From positions 1-58,475 of the IMG/VR virus record IMGVR_UViG_3300009158_003990: a stretch of DNA of 58,475 nt; one strand, written 5' to 3'. Both the position numbers and the translations under genes were made by a program. Below the pieces are notes generated by a model that was not told the origin of the DNA, made no database searches, and saw only the letters and a list, made by a program, of their open reading frames with translations. Below, one piece after another: positions 46,819-57,325 of this stretch (positions are counted from its first letter, which is position 1; the number at the start of each line of letters is the position of its first letter). Source of the stretch: a virus (taxonomy: Duplodnaviria; Caudoviricetes).

Positions 46819-48318
46819 ATGTCAAAAAAAAGAATATTGTTATGCGGTGAATCAACATCAATAAGTTCTGGTTATGCAAATTATGGATTGCAGATCATGA
46901 ACAGGCTACACGAAACTAACGAATTTGAGCTTGGGGAAATAGCTGCATTTCCAAAAAACCCAAATGCTCATTTAGATGTTCCTTGGGTTGTTTACTCAAG
47001 AGATAAAAGTGGAAATCCATTAAAAGATCCGAAAGATATTTTTGAAAGTGTTATTTATGACTTTAAACCAGATATTGTTTGGTCTTTTAGAGATCCTTGG
47101 GTAGATGACTTTATAGGTTTATCTCCATTTAAAAAAAAGTATCATTGGGCTTATATGCCAACCATTGATGCTGTGCCTCTAGATCCTCATTGGATTTATG
47201 CTATTTCAAAAGCTGATTCTGTTTTTACATATTCCGATTGGGCGTTAGAAATACTTAGAAAAAATTATCCAAATATAAACGCTATATCTTCAGCTTCTCC
47301 TGCTGGAGATGATATTTTTGTTGTTGAAAAAGACAAAAGAAAATTTAAAGAAAAAAATGGAATTAATCCAGACTGCTTAATTATAGGCACAGTAATGAGG
47401 AATCAAAGAAGAAAGCTTTATCCAGATCTTTTTGATGCTTTTGAAATGCTTTTAAAGCAAGCCCCAAAAGAAATGTCTTCAAGGTTAATTCTTTATGTTC
47501 ATACAACATATCCTGATCTTGGTTGGGATATACCTAAACTAATATCTGAAAGACCAAGTATTTCCAACAAAGTTTTTTTCAACTATGTTTGTAGTTCATG
47601 TTCTAGAATTTCTATTCTAAATTTTAGTGGTTCATTAATTGGTTGCAACTACTGTAAATCTGATACATGTATTTTTCCTACTACTAAAAATGGGGTAAAA
47701 AGAGAATCTATGCTGGCGGTGTATAGCTTAATGGATCTATATGTTCAATATTCTTGTGCAGAAGGATTTGGTATGCCATTAGTTGAAGCTGGATCTTGTG
47801 GTGTTCCTGTTTGTGCCACAGACTATAGTGCAATGTCAGATATAGTGAGAAAACTTGATGGATATCCTATAAAAGTACAAAGAATGTTCTATGAACCAGA
47901 AACGCACAGAAAATTAGCTCTTCCAGACAATCAAAATTTTGTTGATATTTGTATTAAACATTTTCAACAACCAGAAACGATTAGAAAATACAAAAGCCTA
48001 AAAATATCTAATCTAACAAAACAAAAATATAATTACGATGATGTTGCAAAAAAACTTTCAAAGCATTTTAATACTATACCTAAAACAAATTCTTGGGAAT
48101 TACCAAAAAATATTTTAGATATTCCAGAATACGAAGAAAAAAGTTCTTCATCTGATTTTTTAAAAAAAATACTTGGACAAATATATAAAGATGATGATTT
48201 TTTGTTTTTAAAATATTTAAAAATTCTTAATTACAGTATGGCAAGTAGGAAATCTGTTTACGATGAGGTTGTTGAAAAAATAAATGAATATAATAATCTA
48301 GAACTAGAAAGAAAATAA
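46819..48318 (+). CDS. GT4-like glycosyltransferase with zinc-ribbon insertion
   Basis: SGYA.Y, MRNQRRK..PDL, CSSC..CNYC, AEGFGMPLVEAGSCGVP. Confidence 0.85.
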   Translation: MSKKRILLCGESTSISSGYANYGLQIMNRLHETNEFELGEIAAFPKNPNAHLDVPWVVYSRDKSGNPLKDPKDIFESVIYDFKPDIVWSFRDPWVDDFIGLSPFKKKYHWAYMPTIDAVPLDPHWIYAISKADSVFTYSDWALEILRKNYPNINAISSASPAGDDIFVVEKDKRKFKEKNGINPDCLIIGTVMRNQRRKLYPDLFDAFEMLLKQAPKEMSSRLILYVHTTYPDLGWDIPKLISERPSISNKVFFNYVCSSCSRISILNFSGSLIGCNYCKSDTCIFPTTKNGVKRESMLAVYSLMDLYVQYSCAEGFGMPLVEAGSCGVPVCATDYSAMSDIVRKLDGYPIKVQRMFYEPETHRKLALPDNQNFVDICIKHFQQPETIRKYKSLKISNLTKQKYNYDDVAKKLSKHFNTIPKTNSWELPKNILDIPEYEEKSSSSDFLKKILGQIYKDDDFLFLKYLKILNYSMASRKSVYDEVVEKINEYNNLELERK

Positions 48319-48319
48319 T

Positions 48320-49444
48320 ATGAATGTTTTATATATAGGAAACTATAGGGATGGCACTGGTTATGGTCAAGCAGCAGAAGATTACATTCTTTCTTTAGAT
48401 TCTGTTGGTGTTAATGTTGTTTGTAAACCATTAATGTTTAATAATAATAAGCACATTCCTCACAAAAGAATTATTGAAATTGAAAAAAGAAAGTCTGCTA
48501 ATTTTGACATTGTTATTCAGCACACATTACCAATTCACATGCAATATGACTCAAGATTTTTTTTAAATGTTGCACTATTCTCTCATGAAACAGATTCTTT
48601 TATTATGTCTGGATGGAAAGAAAAAATAAATAATATGGACATGTGTATCGTGTCAAACAATGATAACTTAAAATCTTGTATAAAAAGCGACATAAAAATA
48701 CCCACACATGTTGTTCATCAAGGAAGAGATTTTTCTATTTATAATAAAAAATATAAAAAACTCGAAGAAATAACAAACAATACATTCTCAAATGACTTTA
48801 TATTTTATACGATAGGTGAAAAAACAAGAAGGAAAAATTTAACATCTCTTTTAAAGGCTTACTTCTTAGAATTTAGAGAAAATGAATCTGTCTGCTTAAT
48901 AGTAAAAACAGATGGTTCTGAAGAAGATGAATTTTTTAAATATTGCAAATCAATTGCTTCTGGTTTGAATATAGTTAATCACACAAGAGTTTTTTTGATT
49001 TCAAAAAGACTTACAGATAATGAAATTTTTAGACTACACTCATCCTGTCATGCTTTTGTTCAATCTTCGTATGGTGAAGGTTGGAGTATTCCAGCTTTTG
49101 ATGCATTGGGTTTTGGCAAAACACCAATAGTTACCAATTGCACTGGCTACAAAGAATATTTAGATGAATCTGTGGCTTGGATGGTTGATTGCCATAAAGA
49201 ACCAGTTTTTAATACAGATAGATTAGACAGTGGTATGATGCATGGTTCTGAATTTTGGTGGTCAATAGATATAAACGAATTAAGGAAAAAAATGAGGGAA
49301 TGCTATGAGGAAGAAGGACAAAGAGAAAAAAGGAAAGAAAATTCTTTGGATAGAGCGTATGAATTTTGTCACGAAAAAATCGGTGAAAACTTTTTAAAGG
49401 TGCTAAAAAAATGCCTCCAAGAAAAAAAAAGCAGAACTGGGTAG
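48320..49444 (+). CDS. GT4-like glycosyltransferase
   Basis: TGYGQAA, RRKN, SYGEGWSIPAFDALGFGK. Confidence 0.85.
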   Translation: MNVLYIGNYRDGTGYGQAAEDYILSLDSVGVNVVCKPLMFNNNKHIPHKRIIEIEKRKSANFDIVIQHTLPIHMQYDSRFFLNVALFSHETDSFIMSGWKEKINNMDMCIVSNNDNLKSCIKSDIKIPTHVVHQGRDFSIYNKKYKKLEEITNNTFSNDFIFYTIGEKTRRKNLTSLLKAYFLEFRENESVCLIVKTDGSEEDEFFKYCKSIASGLNIVNHTRVFLISKRLTDNEIFRLHSSCHAFVQSSYGEGWSIPAFDALGFGKTPIVTNCTGYKEYLDESVAWMVDCHKEPVFNTDRLDSGMMHGSEFWWSIDINELRKKMRECYEEEGQREKRKENSLDRAYEFCHEKIGENFLKVLKKCLQEKKSRTG

Positions 49445-50145
49445 ATATAACCAATTACAAAGAAGAACAACCAGAAACATCATGGCAACAAGATAGAGAT
49501 AAATCCGTAGAGGAAGAAACAAAAAATCAAATAAAGGGAAAAACAAAAAATCAAGAAATATATATAGAGGCAATTGAAAGAAGTACTTTGACAATTTGTT
49601 CTGGTCCTGCTGGTGCTGGTAAAACATTTATTGCTTGTGGCGTTGCTGCTGGCTTGATGATGCAAAAAAAGATAGAAAAAATAATAATTGCTAGACCTTT
49701 AATTGAATGTGGTCAAAAAATAGGTGCATTTCCAGGAGACTTAAAAGAAAAAACAGAGCCATTTATGGTTGCTATGCTAGAAGCACTTGGTGCTTTTTTA
49801 ACAAAAACAAAAATGAAAGCTATTAGAAATGATCAATTATTAGAAATATGTCCTCTTGAATTAATGAGGGGAAGAACTTTTCATGACTCTATGATTATTT
49901 TAGATGAAGCACAAAATGCCACAAGAAGGCAATTAAAAATGTTTTTGACTCGTTTTGGTCAAAACTCTAAGGTTGTAGTGTGTGGAGATCACACCCAAAC
50001 AGATCTGCCTCATTATGAAGGAAACACTATGGAATGGATTTTATCTAGGTTGGATCATAAAGATATTGCTAAAGTCATGCTGACTGGAGATGATATACAA
50101 AGACATGGTTTAATTAAGTACATCATCGAACAGTTGGGAGAATAA
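49411..50145 (+). CDS. phoH: PhoH-family ATPase
   Basis: GPAGAGKT, IARP, MRGRTF, ILDEAQN, LTRFG, GD..Q.DL. Confidence 0.92.
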   Translation: MPPRKKKQNWVDITNYKEEQPETSWQQDRDKSVEEETKNQIKGKTKNQEIYIEAIERSTLTICSGPAGAGKTFIACGVAAGLMMQKKIEKIIIARPLIECGQKIGAFPGDLKEKTEPFMVAMLEALGAFLTKTKMKAIRNDQLLEICPLELMRGRTFHDSMIILDEAQNATRRQLKMFLTRFGQNSKVVVCGDHTQTDLPHYEGNTMEWILSRLDHKDIAKVMLTGDDIQRHGLIKYIIEQLGE

Positions 50146-51141
50146 ATGCATCCTGCTATGAATAGTATCTTAAGGCAAGCAACCAGAAAAGATACGGATA
50201 GGCTTAACATTATAACTTTTTCTACGCATGAAAGATATCAGTCGAATATGGCTGATGTTGATGCTAATTTTTGGGTTATAAATAATAAAAATATAAAACT
50301 TTGGAATGAAGTTTATGCAAAATTACCAAATAATCACATACTTCTAAATGATGTTGAAAGTATTTTAGATATACCATTTTATCTTGATTTAGATATTGTT
50401 TTGACACACGAAAGATTTATGCAATATGACTTTGGTGTTCAGATAGCAAAGTATTTTCATCTTCCTATTGTGTGCTTAGAACACATATGTATGACACCAC
50501 AAAGAGAATCGCTTAAGAAGAAAATTGGAAACACAAATGTTTTTATATCAAAATATTCTTCTGATTCTTGGGGCATTGGACCTAACTCAAAAGTAATTCA
50601 TCACGGAGTTAACACAAATGATTTTTGCAATAAAAAAATAAAAAGAGAAAATAATATACTAAGCGTTGTAAATAGGTGGGTAGAAAGAGACTATGAGTGC
50701 GGTTATTATTTGTGGGAAAGAGTTACATCTGGTTTACCAACAGTCGTTGTTGGAGATAATCCTGGTCTTTCATCTCCATGCAATAATGTGGAAGAACTTG
50801 CACTAAAATACAACAGGTCAAGTATATTTTTAAATACATCTATATTTAGTCCTATACCAACTACTTTATTAGAAGCAATGTCATGTGGTTCTTGTGTTGT
50901 AAGTACATCAAATGATATGATTTCAAAAATAATAGATCATGGTGTTAATGGATTTATTTCCAATGATCCAGAAGAAATTACAAAAATACTGAAGTATTGC
51001 ATGAGCGATGAGTCTATGTGCAGGAGAATTGGTGAGAATGCAAGAAAAACAATTTTAGAAAAATTCTCATTAAATGCGTTTACTTCTAATTGGAATAATC
51101 TACTTCGACAATCACTAGAAAAGAATTGGTGGGAATTATGA
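50146..51141 (+). CDS. GT4-like glycosyltransferase
   Basis: IHHGVN, SPIPTTLLEAMSCG, IIDHGVNG, IGENAR. Confidence 0.85.
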   Translation: MHPAMNSILRQATRKDTDRLNIITFSTHERYQSNMADVDANFWVINNKNIKLWNEVYAKLPNNHILLNDVESILDIPFYLDLDIVLTHERFMQYDFGVQIAKYFHLPIVCLEHICMTPQRESLKKKIGNTNVFISKYSSDSWGIGPNSKVIHHGVNTNDFCNKKIKRENNILSVVNRWVERDYECGYYLWERVTSGLPTVVVGDNPGLSSPCNNVEELALKYNRSSIFLNTSIFSPIPTTLLEAMSCGSCVVSTSNDMISKIIDHGVNGFISNDPEEITKILKYCMSDESMCRRIGENARKTILEKFSLNAFTSNWNNLLRQSLEKNWWEL

Positions 51142-51620
51142 GATTGAATATTGAGATACCATGCTTTAAATTTGATTCAACTGATTTAAATTCAAGAAAC
51201 ATTTGTCCTTTCCCTATTGAGGAACTTGAAGGGTTTGAATATTGTCATTATAAAAATTTAGAAAAAATAGTTGATGATGGAGAATTAGATCACATATCTT
51301 GCAAAAATGTAATAAATTTTATAAACTACAAAGAATTAGAACAAACATTGATAGGTTGGTTTAAAAAATTAAGGCATGGAGGCACTATGCTTCTATTGTT
51401 TGAAGACTTAATAGAATTGTGCAGACTTGTGACTGTCGGCAAAATAAAAGAAGAAATGGCACAAGAATTAATATATGGAAAGCAATTTAATGATATTATA
51501 ATAAAGAAGTCGGGAACAACCATTGCTGAAATAAAAAGAATTTTTGTTCAAAATGGTATGTTTATAGAAACAATTAAGATAGAAGGCTTTTATTGTTGTA
51601 TCACATCTAGGAGAATATAA
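51138..51620 (+). CDS. degenerate class I methyltransferase-like protein
   Basis: D.I....VI.F.......L..W...LRHGG.M resembles an MTase C-terminal half. Confidence 0.5.
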   Translation: MRLNIEIPCFKFDSTDLNSRNICPFPIEELEGFEYCHYKNLEKIVDDGELDHISCKNVINFINYKELEQTLIGWFKKLRHGGTMLLLFEDLIELCRLVTVGKIKEEMAQELIYGKQFNDIIIKKSGTTIAEIKRIFVQNGMFIETIKIEGFYCCITSRRI

Positions 51621-52456
51621 TGGATCATCCGCTTATTACTTCATGCAAAGATTGTATTTTTTGTTCTTATGATGACAAGATGGTTCAAGTTGGATGCTTG
51701 CAAAATAAGATAGAAAAAATAAAAGATAAAAAATTCAAAATAGAAATTGAAAAAACAGAAGATAGAGAATTTTTTGTAATTAAAGATCATATATGCAACA
51801 CACATAGAAAACAAAGTTTTTTAAAAGATTTAACAATAGATGAGGCTATTGCAAAAGCCAAAAAAGATAGCGGTATTAAATTGGGTTGTTTTGTTATGAT
51901 TGATTTTTTTGACGAAGAAAAAATAAAGAGAACTCTTGACAGCATTGTTTTTCAGTCGAGGCAATTTCATGAAGTTGTTTTTTGTATAAACAACAGCATT
52001 AAAATTTCTCAAGTTTTAAAGATTATAAATAATAAAATGGAATCTGATGGATTAGAAGAATTTCCATTCAAGTGGGTTATTAAATCTATTATTGATGATT
52101 CATATTCTGGAATGCTAGCAGTCAATTTGTCTTGGAACTCTTCGCAATGCACATTTTTTTCATGTTTTAAATTTGGTTTTAGCATTCCTAAAGAGTTTTC
52201 CGAAGAAATTAATTTTGCATTAACTGAATCTTTAGAGAAATTTCTTTTGCTTGATGGCATTGATTCTGATGAAAATGGACTAACGATTCAAACATATATA
52301 TTTAATATATTAAAAGGCAACGAAGAAGGAGTTGCTGAAGATGGAACATTTGTAAAAACAATATCTGAAAAAATAGTGTTTGTTGCAAAGGATCAAAATC
52401 TTTTAAGCATGATTAAGAAATGTGAGGAAATATGTCCATCAATGAGCCAAAAATAA
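51620..52456 (+). CDS. hypothetical protein, degenerate GT2-like
   Basis: N-terminal CKDCIF; IKRTLDSIVFQ...EVV. Confidence 0.45.
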   Translation: MDHPLITSCKDCIFCSYDDKMVQVGCLQNKIEKIKDKKFKIEIEKTEDREFFVIKDHICNTHRKQSFLKDLTIDEAIAKAKKDSGIKLGCFVMIDFFDEEKIKRTLDSIVFQSRQFHEVVFCINNSIKISQVLKIINNKMESDGLEEFPFKWVIKSIIDDSYSGMLAVNLSWNSSQCTFFSCFKFGFSIPKEFSEEINFALTESLEKFLLLDGIDSDENGLTIQTYIFNILKGNEEGVAEDGTFVKTISEKIVFVAKDQNLLSMIKKCEEICPSMSQK

Positions 52457-53199
52457 CTGTCGTAATACCAAGCCATAATCATGAGATGTGGATAAAGGAT
52501 TGTTTAGATAGCGTTATTAATGATACATATACAAACAAGCAGATAGCTGTTGTTGATGATGGTTCCTCTGATAATTCTGCCAATAAAATATTCAATCTTA
52601 TTTCATCAAGTAAAGAATTTGTTTCTAATTCTATTCATGGTATAGAAGGCACTTATTTAGATAGTGGCGTAAAAATTAGATTTGTTTCTACAACGGATTC
52701 TGTTGGTCCATCTGCTGCAAGAAACATAGGCATGAAACTTTTTTATGAAGATACCGATTTGTTTTCATTTATAGATTCTGATGATATGCATATTTCTGGC
52801 AAGTTAAAAGAAACAACTCAAAAAATGTTAGACAATTATGGCTATGTTGGAGTTGTTTATTGTGACTATGATAATTTTTATACAGAAAACAAAAGAGTTC
52901 ATGAGCAATACAAAGAGCCATTTTGCAAAGAAAGACTTTTAAACGAATGCATTATCCCATGTCATTCTTTGGTTGCAAAATATGCAATAGATAAAGTCGG
53001 ATTTTTTGATGAACAAATGAGAGTTGCTGAAGATTATGATCTTTGGATAAGAATGTCCAAGGAATTTGTTTGTTATCATATTCCAAAAAAATTAGCTATT
53101 GTTAGAAGAGGTCCACATAATTCAGATCATATAGTAGACAAAAACATTTGGGGTAAAAATTGGCAAAGAATAAGAGAAAAAATAAAAAATGACCAATAG
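52432..53199 (+). CDS. GT2 glycosyltransferase
   Basis: VVIPSHN, VVDDGSSD, GPSAARN, FIDSDD, AEDYDLWIR. Confidence 0.92.
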   Translation: MSINEPKITVVIPSHNHEMWIKDCLDSVINDTYTNKQIAVVDDGSSDNSANKIFNLISSSKEFVSNSIHGIEGTYLDSGVKIRFVSTTDSVGPSAARNIGMKLFYEDTDLFSFIDSDDMHISGKLKETTQKMLDNYGYVGVVYCDYDNFYTENKRVHEQYKEPFCKERLLNECIIPCHSLVAKYAIDKVGFFDEQMRVAEDYDLWIRMSKEFVCYHIPKKLAIVRRGPHNSDHIVDKNIWGKNWQRIREKIKNDQ

Positions 53200-53866
53200 C
53201 ATGTGCGTAATAATACTTGCTGCTGGCATTGGCAAAAGAATGAAAGCCTATGGTCCAAAATGTACTATAGAGTTAAATTCTAATGAAACAGTTATTGGTA
53301 GACAAATAAGATTAATGAAAAAGGCTCTGCCTAATTACAATATTATTGTTGTTGTTGGATTTCAAAAAGCAAAAGTATTAAAAATAATAGATGTAGAATT
53401 TATTGAAAATAAAAAATACGAATCTACAAATACATCTGTTTCAGTAAATATGGCAATTAAAAATAAAAAATATTCAAAAATATTAATTGTGTATGGGGAT
53501 ATTGTTTTTACAAACGATATTTTTTTAAATATGCCGAATGAGTCTTGGGTTGCAATAGATAATGAAAAAAACCAAAGGTCGAATGAGGTTGGAATTAATA
53601 TAATTGATGATTACGCCACACATTTTTCTTATGGGGTTATTCCAAAGTGGGGTCATGTGGCTATGCTTATGGGCAAAGAATTGTTGTTATATGAAAACAT
53701 AACAAATAATGCTTGTTCTAATAAAAAGTTTTGTTTTGAAATATTTAATGAAATAATAGACTGTGGTGGAAAATTTAAATCACACAGTAATAAAAACTGG
53801 AAAATGGTTGAAATAGATACATCTAAAGATATAGATAGAGCTATAAAGTTAACAAAAAGAGATTAA
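53189..53866 (+). CDS. NTP transferase (LicC/sugar-phosphate nucleotidyltransferase-like)
   Basis: IILAAGIGKRM....PK, VVGF, N..Y..TN, VYGD, EIDT..D. Confidence 0.85.
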   Translation: MTNSMCVIILAAGIGKRMKAYGPKCTIELNSNETVIGRQIRLMKKALPNYNIIVVVGFQKAKVLKIIDVEFIENKKYESTNTSVSVNMAIKNKKYSKILIVYGDIVFTNDIFLNMPNESWVAIDNEKNQRSNEVGINIIDDYATHFSYGVIPKWGHVAMLMGKELLLYENITNNACSNKKFCFEIFNEIIDCGGKFKSHSNKNWKMVEIDTSKDIDRAIKLTKRD

Positions 53867-53867
53867 T

Positions 53868-54722
53868 ATGAATGTACTTTGCGTTAAAAGCAAGGAATTA
53901 AGCACAAAAGAATTTTATGGATGGGGCAAGGCAGTCAATTCATCTGGAAATAATTTTATTTATTGGAACAAAGGTAAAAAACCTATTCTTGATGTTTTTT
54001 ACGAAAAAAAACCTGATGTTTTTATAGTTCACACCAACGATGTAGATAGAGCTACAAAAAAAGCAATTGCATTGTATAATGATTGTAAGACGGTTATATT
54101 TAATGGTTCTGAAGAGATGAAATATCATGAAAATGTATTTGTTTTACCGCTACCTAATAAGTCTTTGGATATCTATAATTTTATAGTTTATAAAAAACAA
54201 GAAAGATTTTTTTCTGATATTAATTATGTTGGAGATTATATTGACATCGATGAAAATATTATTCTAAGTTTATTAAATGATAAGAGTCTTTGCATAAAGT
54301 TATGGGGAAATACTAAGTGGCCTTATAGACAATATGTTGGAAAATTAAAGTCTGATTTAGTTAAAGATGTTATATCTTCTTGTTCTTTAAGTTTGTATTC
54401 TGATTTGTTTTCAGATTTTTCTTGGGTCTTGCAGGTTTTTTCTTGTGGTAAACCATGCTTTATGTATAAATCAAAATCTTCTTCTGATTTATTAGGTGCA
54501 TCTAATTTTAACTATGAAACAGAAGAGGATCTTGTTTTTTCAATGATTGACTTTCTTAGAAATCCAGAGTCTTTGCAAAAAGAAGTTTTTAGGATTAGGG
54601 AAAACATAAGAAGCAATCATACTTCTCACAATAGAGTATCTGATTTTTTAAATACTATAGGACTAAAGGAAGAAGCTAAAAAATGCATAGTGGAATTACA
54701 AAAAATAACATCGAAATATTAA
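53868..54722 (+). CDS. GT-B (CgeB-like) glycosyltransferase-like protein
   Basis: KPDVF, DI.YVG, I.LWG..W, HT..NR. Confidence 0.55.
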   Translation: MNVLCVKSKELSTKEFYGWGKAVNSSGNNFIYWNKGKKPILDVFYEKKPDVFIVHTNDVDRATKKAIALYNDCKTVIFNGSEEMKYHENVFVLPLPNKSLDIYNFIVYKKQERFFSDINYVGDYIDIDENIILSLLNDKSLCIKLWGNTKWPYRQYVGKLKSDLVKDVISSCSLSLYSDLFSDFSWVLQVFSCGKPCFMYKSKSSSDLLGASNFNYETEEDLVFSMIDFLRNPESLQKEVFRIRENIRSNHTSHNRVSDFLNTIGLKEEAKKCIVELQKITSKY

Positions 54723-55405
54723 CTTTAAATTTTGGTTTTGTTGATTCTCCAGATTTTATAAAAAAATCTTTATGGTGGATTACAAAAAACTTTAAAAATA
54801 CAGATATTATGATGATTGCTGCAATAGATAACAACGAAATATCGGATGATATTTTTGAAAAGATATCTTATTATTCTTCAAATATATCTTGGAAAATAAT
54901 CAAAACAGATACAAAAAAATTGTTTGATTCTTATTCAATAAAAAGTTATGGAAATTCATTGTCTCTTTCGTATAAAGTTTGTGATAAGCTATCCTCTAAA
55001 AGAAAAATAATCACAAGTCAAAAAATAATTTATCCAAAAGATACATTTGATAATTTTGTAATATCTATGGAACATGTAAAAGTTAAAACAATAAATTCTT
55101 ATTTTATGCCAAAGTATGTGCAAGAAGGACTTACTGACTTTTCTTCTAACTTTAGTGAGTATCTAGCTAGAGAGTGTAGAAAATATCCGATTAATACAAT
55201 AGATTATCCTCCTAAAAGCTTAGACTATTCTACAAAAGCATTTTACGAAAATGAAAATAATAAAGATGTTGAATTTATAGATGGTGAAGTTTTCTATATG
55301 GAAAAAGATGAAATAGAACAAATTGAAATTAAAAATGAAAATTTAGATTTTTTGATAAATGAAACTATTACTAAGCATAGCGAAATTGTGGAGAGAGTAT
55401 GGTAG
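54683..55405 (+). CDS. hypothetical protein
   Basis: ORF within glycan cluster. Confidence 0.5.
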   Translation: MHSGITKNNIEILTLNFGFVDSPDFIKKSLWWITKNFKNTDIMMIAAIDNNEISDDIFEKISYYSSNISWKIIKTDTKKLFDSYSIKSYGNSLSLSYKVCDKLSSKRKIITSQKIIYPKDTFDNFVISMEHVKVKTINSYFMPKYVQEGLTDFSSNFSEYLARECRKYPINTIDYPPKSLDYSTKAFYENENNKDVEFIDGEVFYMEKDEIEQIEIKNENLDFLINETITKHSEIVERVW

Positions 55406-56148
55406 TATTTAGAATCCCTAAACCCATAAGTATTATTGGCGAAAATACTAGCAAGTCAATAACTTTTGCAACATGCAATTTTTCAATAGCTATTGATGGT
55501 TCATTAGACATAGGACAAAATTATTTATGTCAATCTTCTAAGTTTTTATTTGATTATTTAAAAGAATCTAAAGAAACAAGAAAAGACGAAATAATTAAGA
55601 ATTATCATAAAACACAAAACAATGCATTTTTTTCAAAAGCAATATCTAGTACTTTTGGTGGATTAAATTATACAACAATAACTGAAGATTCTTGGTTTAA
55701 TATTAAACTTAAAGCAAACAAAGTTTTTAATTCTTATATTTTAGCATATGAAATAAATAAAACATTTTTTACAAATGATATGTACAATACTGAAAATCTA
55801 CTAAATCCAAGCATTGTTGAAAAAATGACATCTGATTTTTATGACTCCTATCAAAAAGAAAATTGGGATTTCTTAGGAAAATTAATCAACGGATTCTGGA
55901 AAATCAAAAAAGAAAAATATCCAGAATCAAGAAATAATTATATAGACAAGCTGTATTCAGATTGTAGATTAAGCGGTGTTATTGGTGGAAAGATGGATGG
56001 ATCAACAATGATTCTTTTTGTTCATCCAGAAAATCACGAAAAAATAAAATCTATAATGTCTGATCATATCTTATTAAATAGCTCTATGGACATTTCTGGA
56101 TTTGTGAGTCAGGAGGTATTTAGTGGAATTAGCAATTGTTGTGAATAA
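55399..56148 (+). CDS. degenerate GHMP sugar kinase (HddA-like)
   Basis: R.P..IS..G, FGGLN, W..KK, N..ID.LY......G..GGK; Gly-rich ATP loops absent. Confidence 0.55.
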   Translation: MVVFRIPKPISIIGENTSKSITFATCNFSIAIDGSLDIGQNYLCQSSKFLFDYLKESKETRKDEIIKNYHKTQNNAFFSKAISSTFGGLNYTTITEDSWFNIKLKANKVFNSYILAYEINKTFFTNDMYNTENLLNPSIVEKMTSDFYDSYQKENWDFLGKLINGFWKIKKEKYPESRNNYIDKLYSDCRLSGVIGGKMDGSTMILFVHPENHEKIKSIMSDHILLNSSMDISGFVSQEVFSGISNCCE

Positions 56149-56578
56149 TTTAAGTATAGGTCAACTTTCATACTTAATAAGCAAACAAGCAAAAAACAAG
56201 AACATAATTGTATTTTCTAAGGAAAGTTATACAATGAATTTAAACAATGGTTTTTCTGTTTTGTCTGCATTTGAATTTTTAAATTATAAAGGCAAAAATG
56301 TAATAGCCACAGATATAGAGTCTTGCAAAGTTGTTGTTTCTAATCCAGCGATAGAGAAATTTTATTTTTATGTTTGGGATTTAGAATGGATGAGATTAGA
56401 ATCGTTTGACTATGAAGAAATGTCTGATGTATATAGAAACGAAAAATCTATATTGGTTTCTAGAAGCGAGAGACATGCTTTGGCAATAGAACAAGCTTGG
56501 AATAAAAAATCTTTAATTATAGAAGATTTTGATATAGATAAAATTATTGGAGATAAAAATGTCAAAATTAACATATGA
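56123..56578 (+). CDS. hypothetical protein (GT N-terminal-like)
   Basis: IATD, FYVWDLEW, RS..H. Confidence 0.5.
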   Translation: MELAIVVNNLSIGQLSYLISKQAKNKNIIVFSKESYTMNLNNGFSVLSAFEFLNYKGKNVIATDIESCKVVVSNPAIEKFYFYVWDLEWMRLESFDYEEMSDVYRNEKSILVSRSERHALAIEQAWNKKSLIIEDFDIDKIIGDKNVKINI

Positions 56579-57323
56579 GTTTTTAATTAGTCACTATGTT
56601 GAAAAACTTAAGTCTACTTATGAAATAGCAGAAGAGTTTGGTACATATCCAAATAAAGTAAGACGAGCATTAACAGAATTTGGCATTCCTATCAGAGATA
56701 AATCTAAAGCACAAGCAGAAGCTATTAAGACAGGAAGATGCAAGCACCCAACAAAAGGCAAGAAGACATCTGAAGAAACAAAAAATAAAATAAGTGACTC
56801 AATTGCAAATGTTTGGGAAAAAATGCCAGAAGAAGAGAAAAAGAGAAGGGCTGAAGTCTCTAGAGCACAATGGGAGTCTTTGTCTGCTCAAAAGGTTGAG
56901 GAAATGCAAAAAGCAGCAGCAATATCGGTTCGTGCAGCAGCAGTATATGGCTCTAAACTTGAAAAGTTTTTAATATCTGGACTAAAAAAAGAAGGCTATA
57001 ATGCCGATTTCCATAAATCTTTTTGGGCTATTGACAGAAAACAACATATTGATATATTTATTTCTAACCTTAATTTGGCAATAGAAATTGATGGGCCAAG
57101 TCATTTTAGATCTATATGGGGAGATGATGTACATCAAAAACAAGTTGTTAGCGATAGTAAAAAAACTGGCTTTATAATAAACGCTGGAATGAAAATGATT
57201 AGGGTTAAAAACATAGATGGAAATAGTTCTGGATTTTATATGAGAACTATATTGAAAAAACTTTTGCATACAATAGAATTGATTAAGAATGGGGCAAAGG
57301 AAAACCTATTTGAACTGGAGTAA
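56559..57323 (+). CDS. Vsr/DUF559-like endonuclease with HTH and NUMOD3 repeats (homing-endonuclease-like)
   Basis: S..EIA....T....VRR.L HTH; GKKTSEETKNKIS NUMOD3; IDI......AIEIDG..H. Confidence 0.75.
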   Translation: MSKLTYEFLISHYVEKLKSTYEIAEEFGTYPNKVRRALTEFGIPIRDKSKAQAEAIKTGRCKHPTKGKKTSEETKNKISDSIANVWEKMPEEEKKRRAEVSRAQWESLSAQKVEEMQKAAAISVRAAAVYGSKLEKFLISGLKKEGYNADFHKSFWAIDRKQHIDIFISNLNLAIEIDGPSHFRSIWGDDVHQKQVVSDSKKTGFIINAGMKMIRVKNIDGNSSGFYMRTILKKLLHTIELIKNGAKENLFELE

Positions 57324-57325
57324 TA

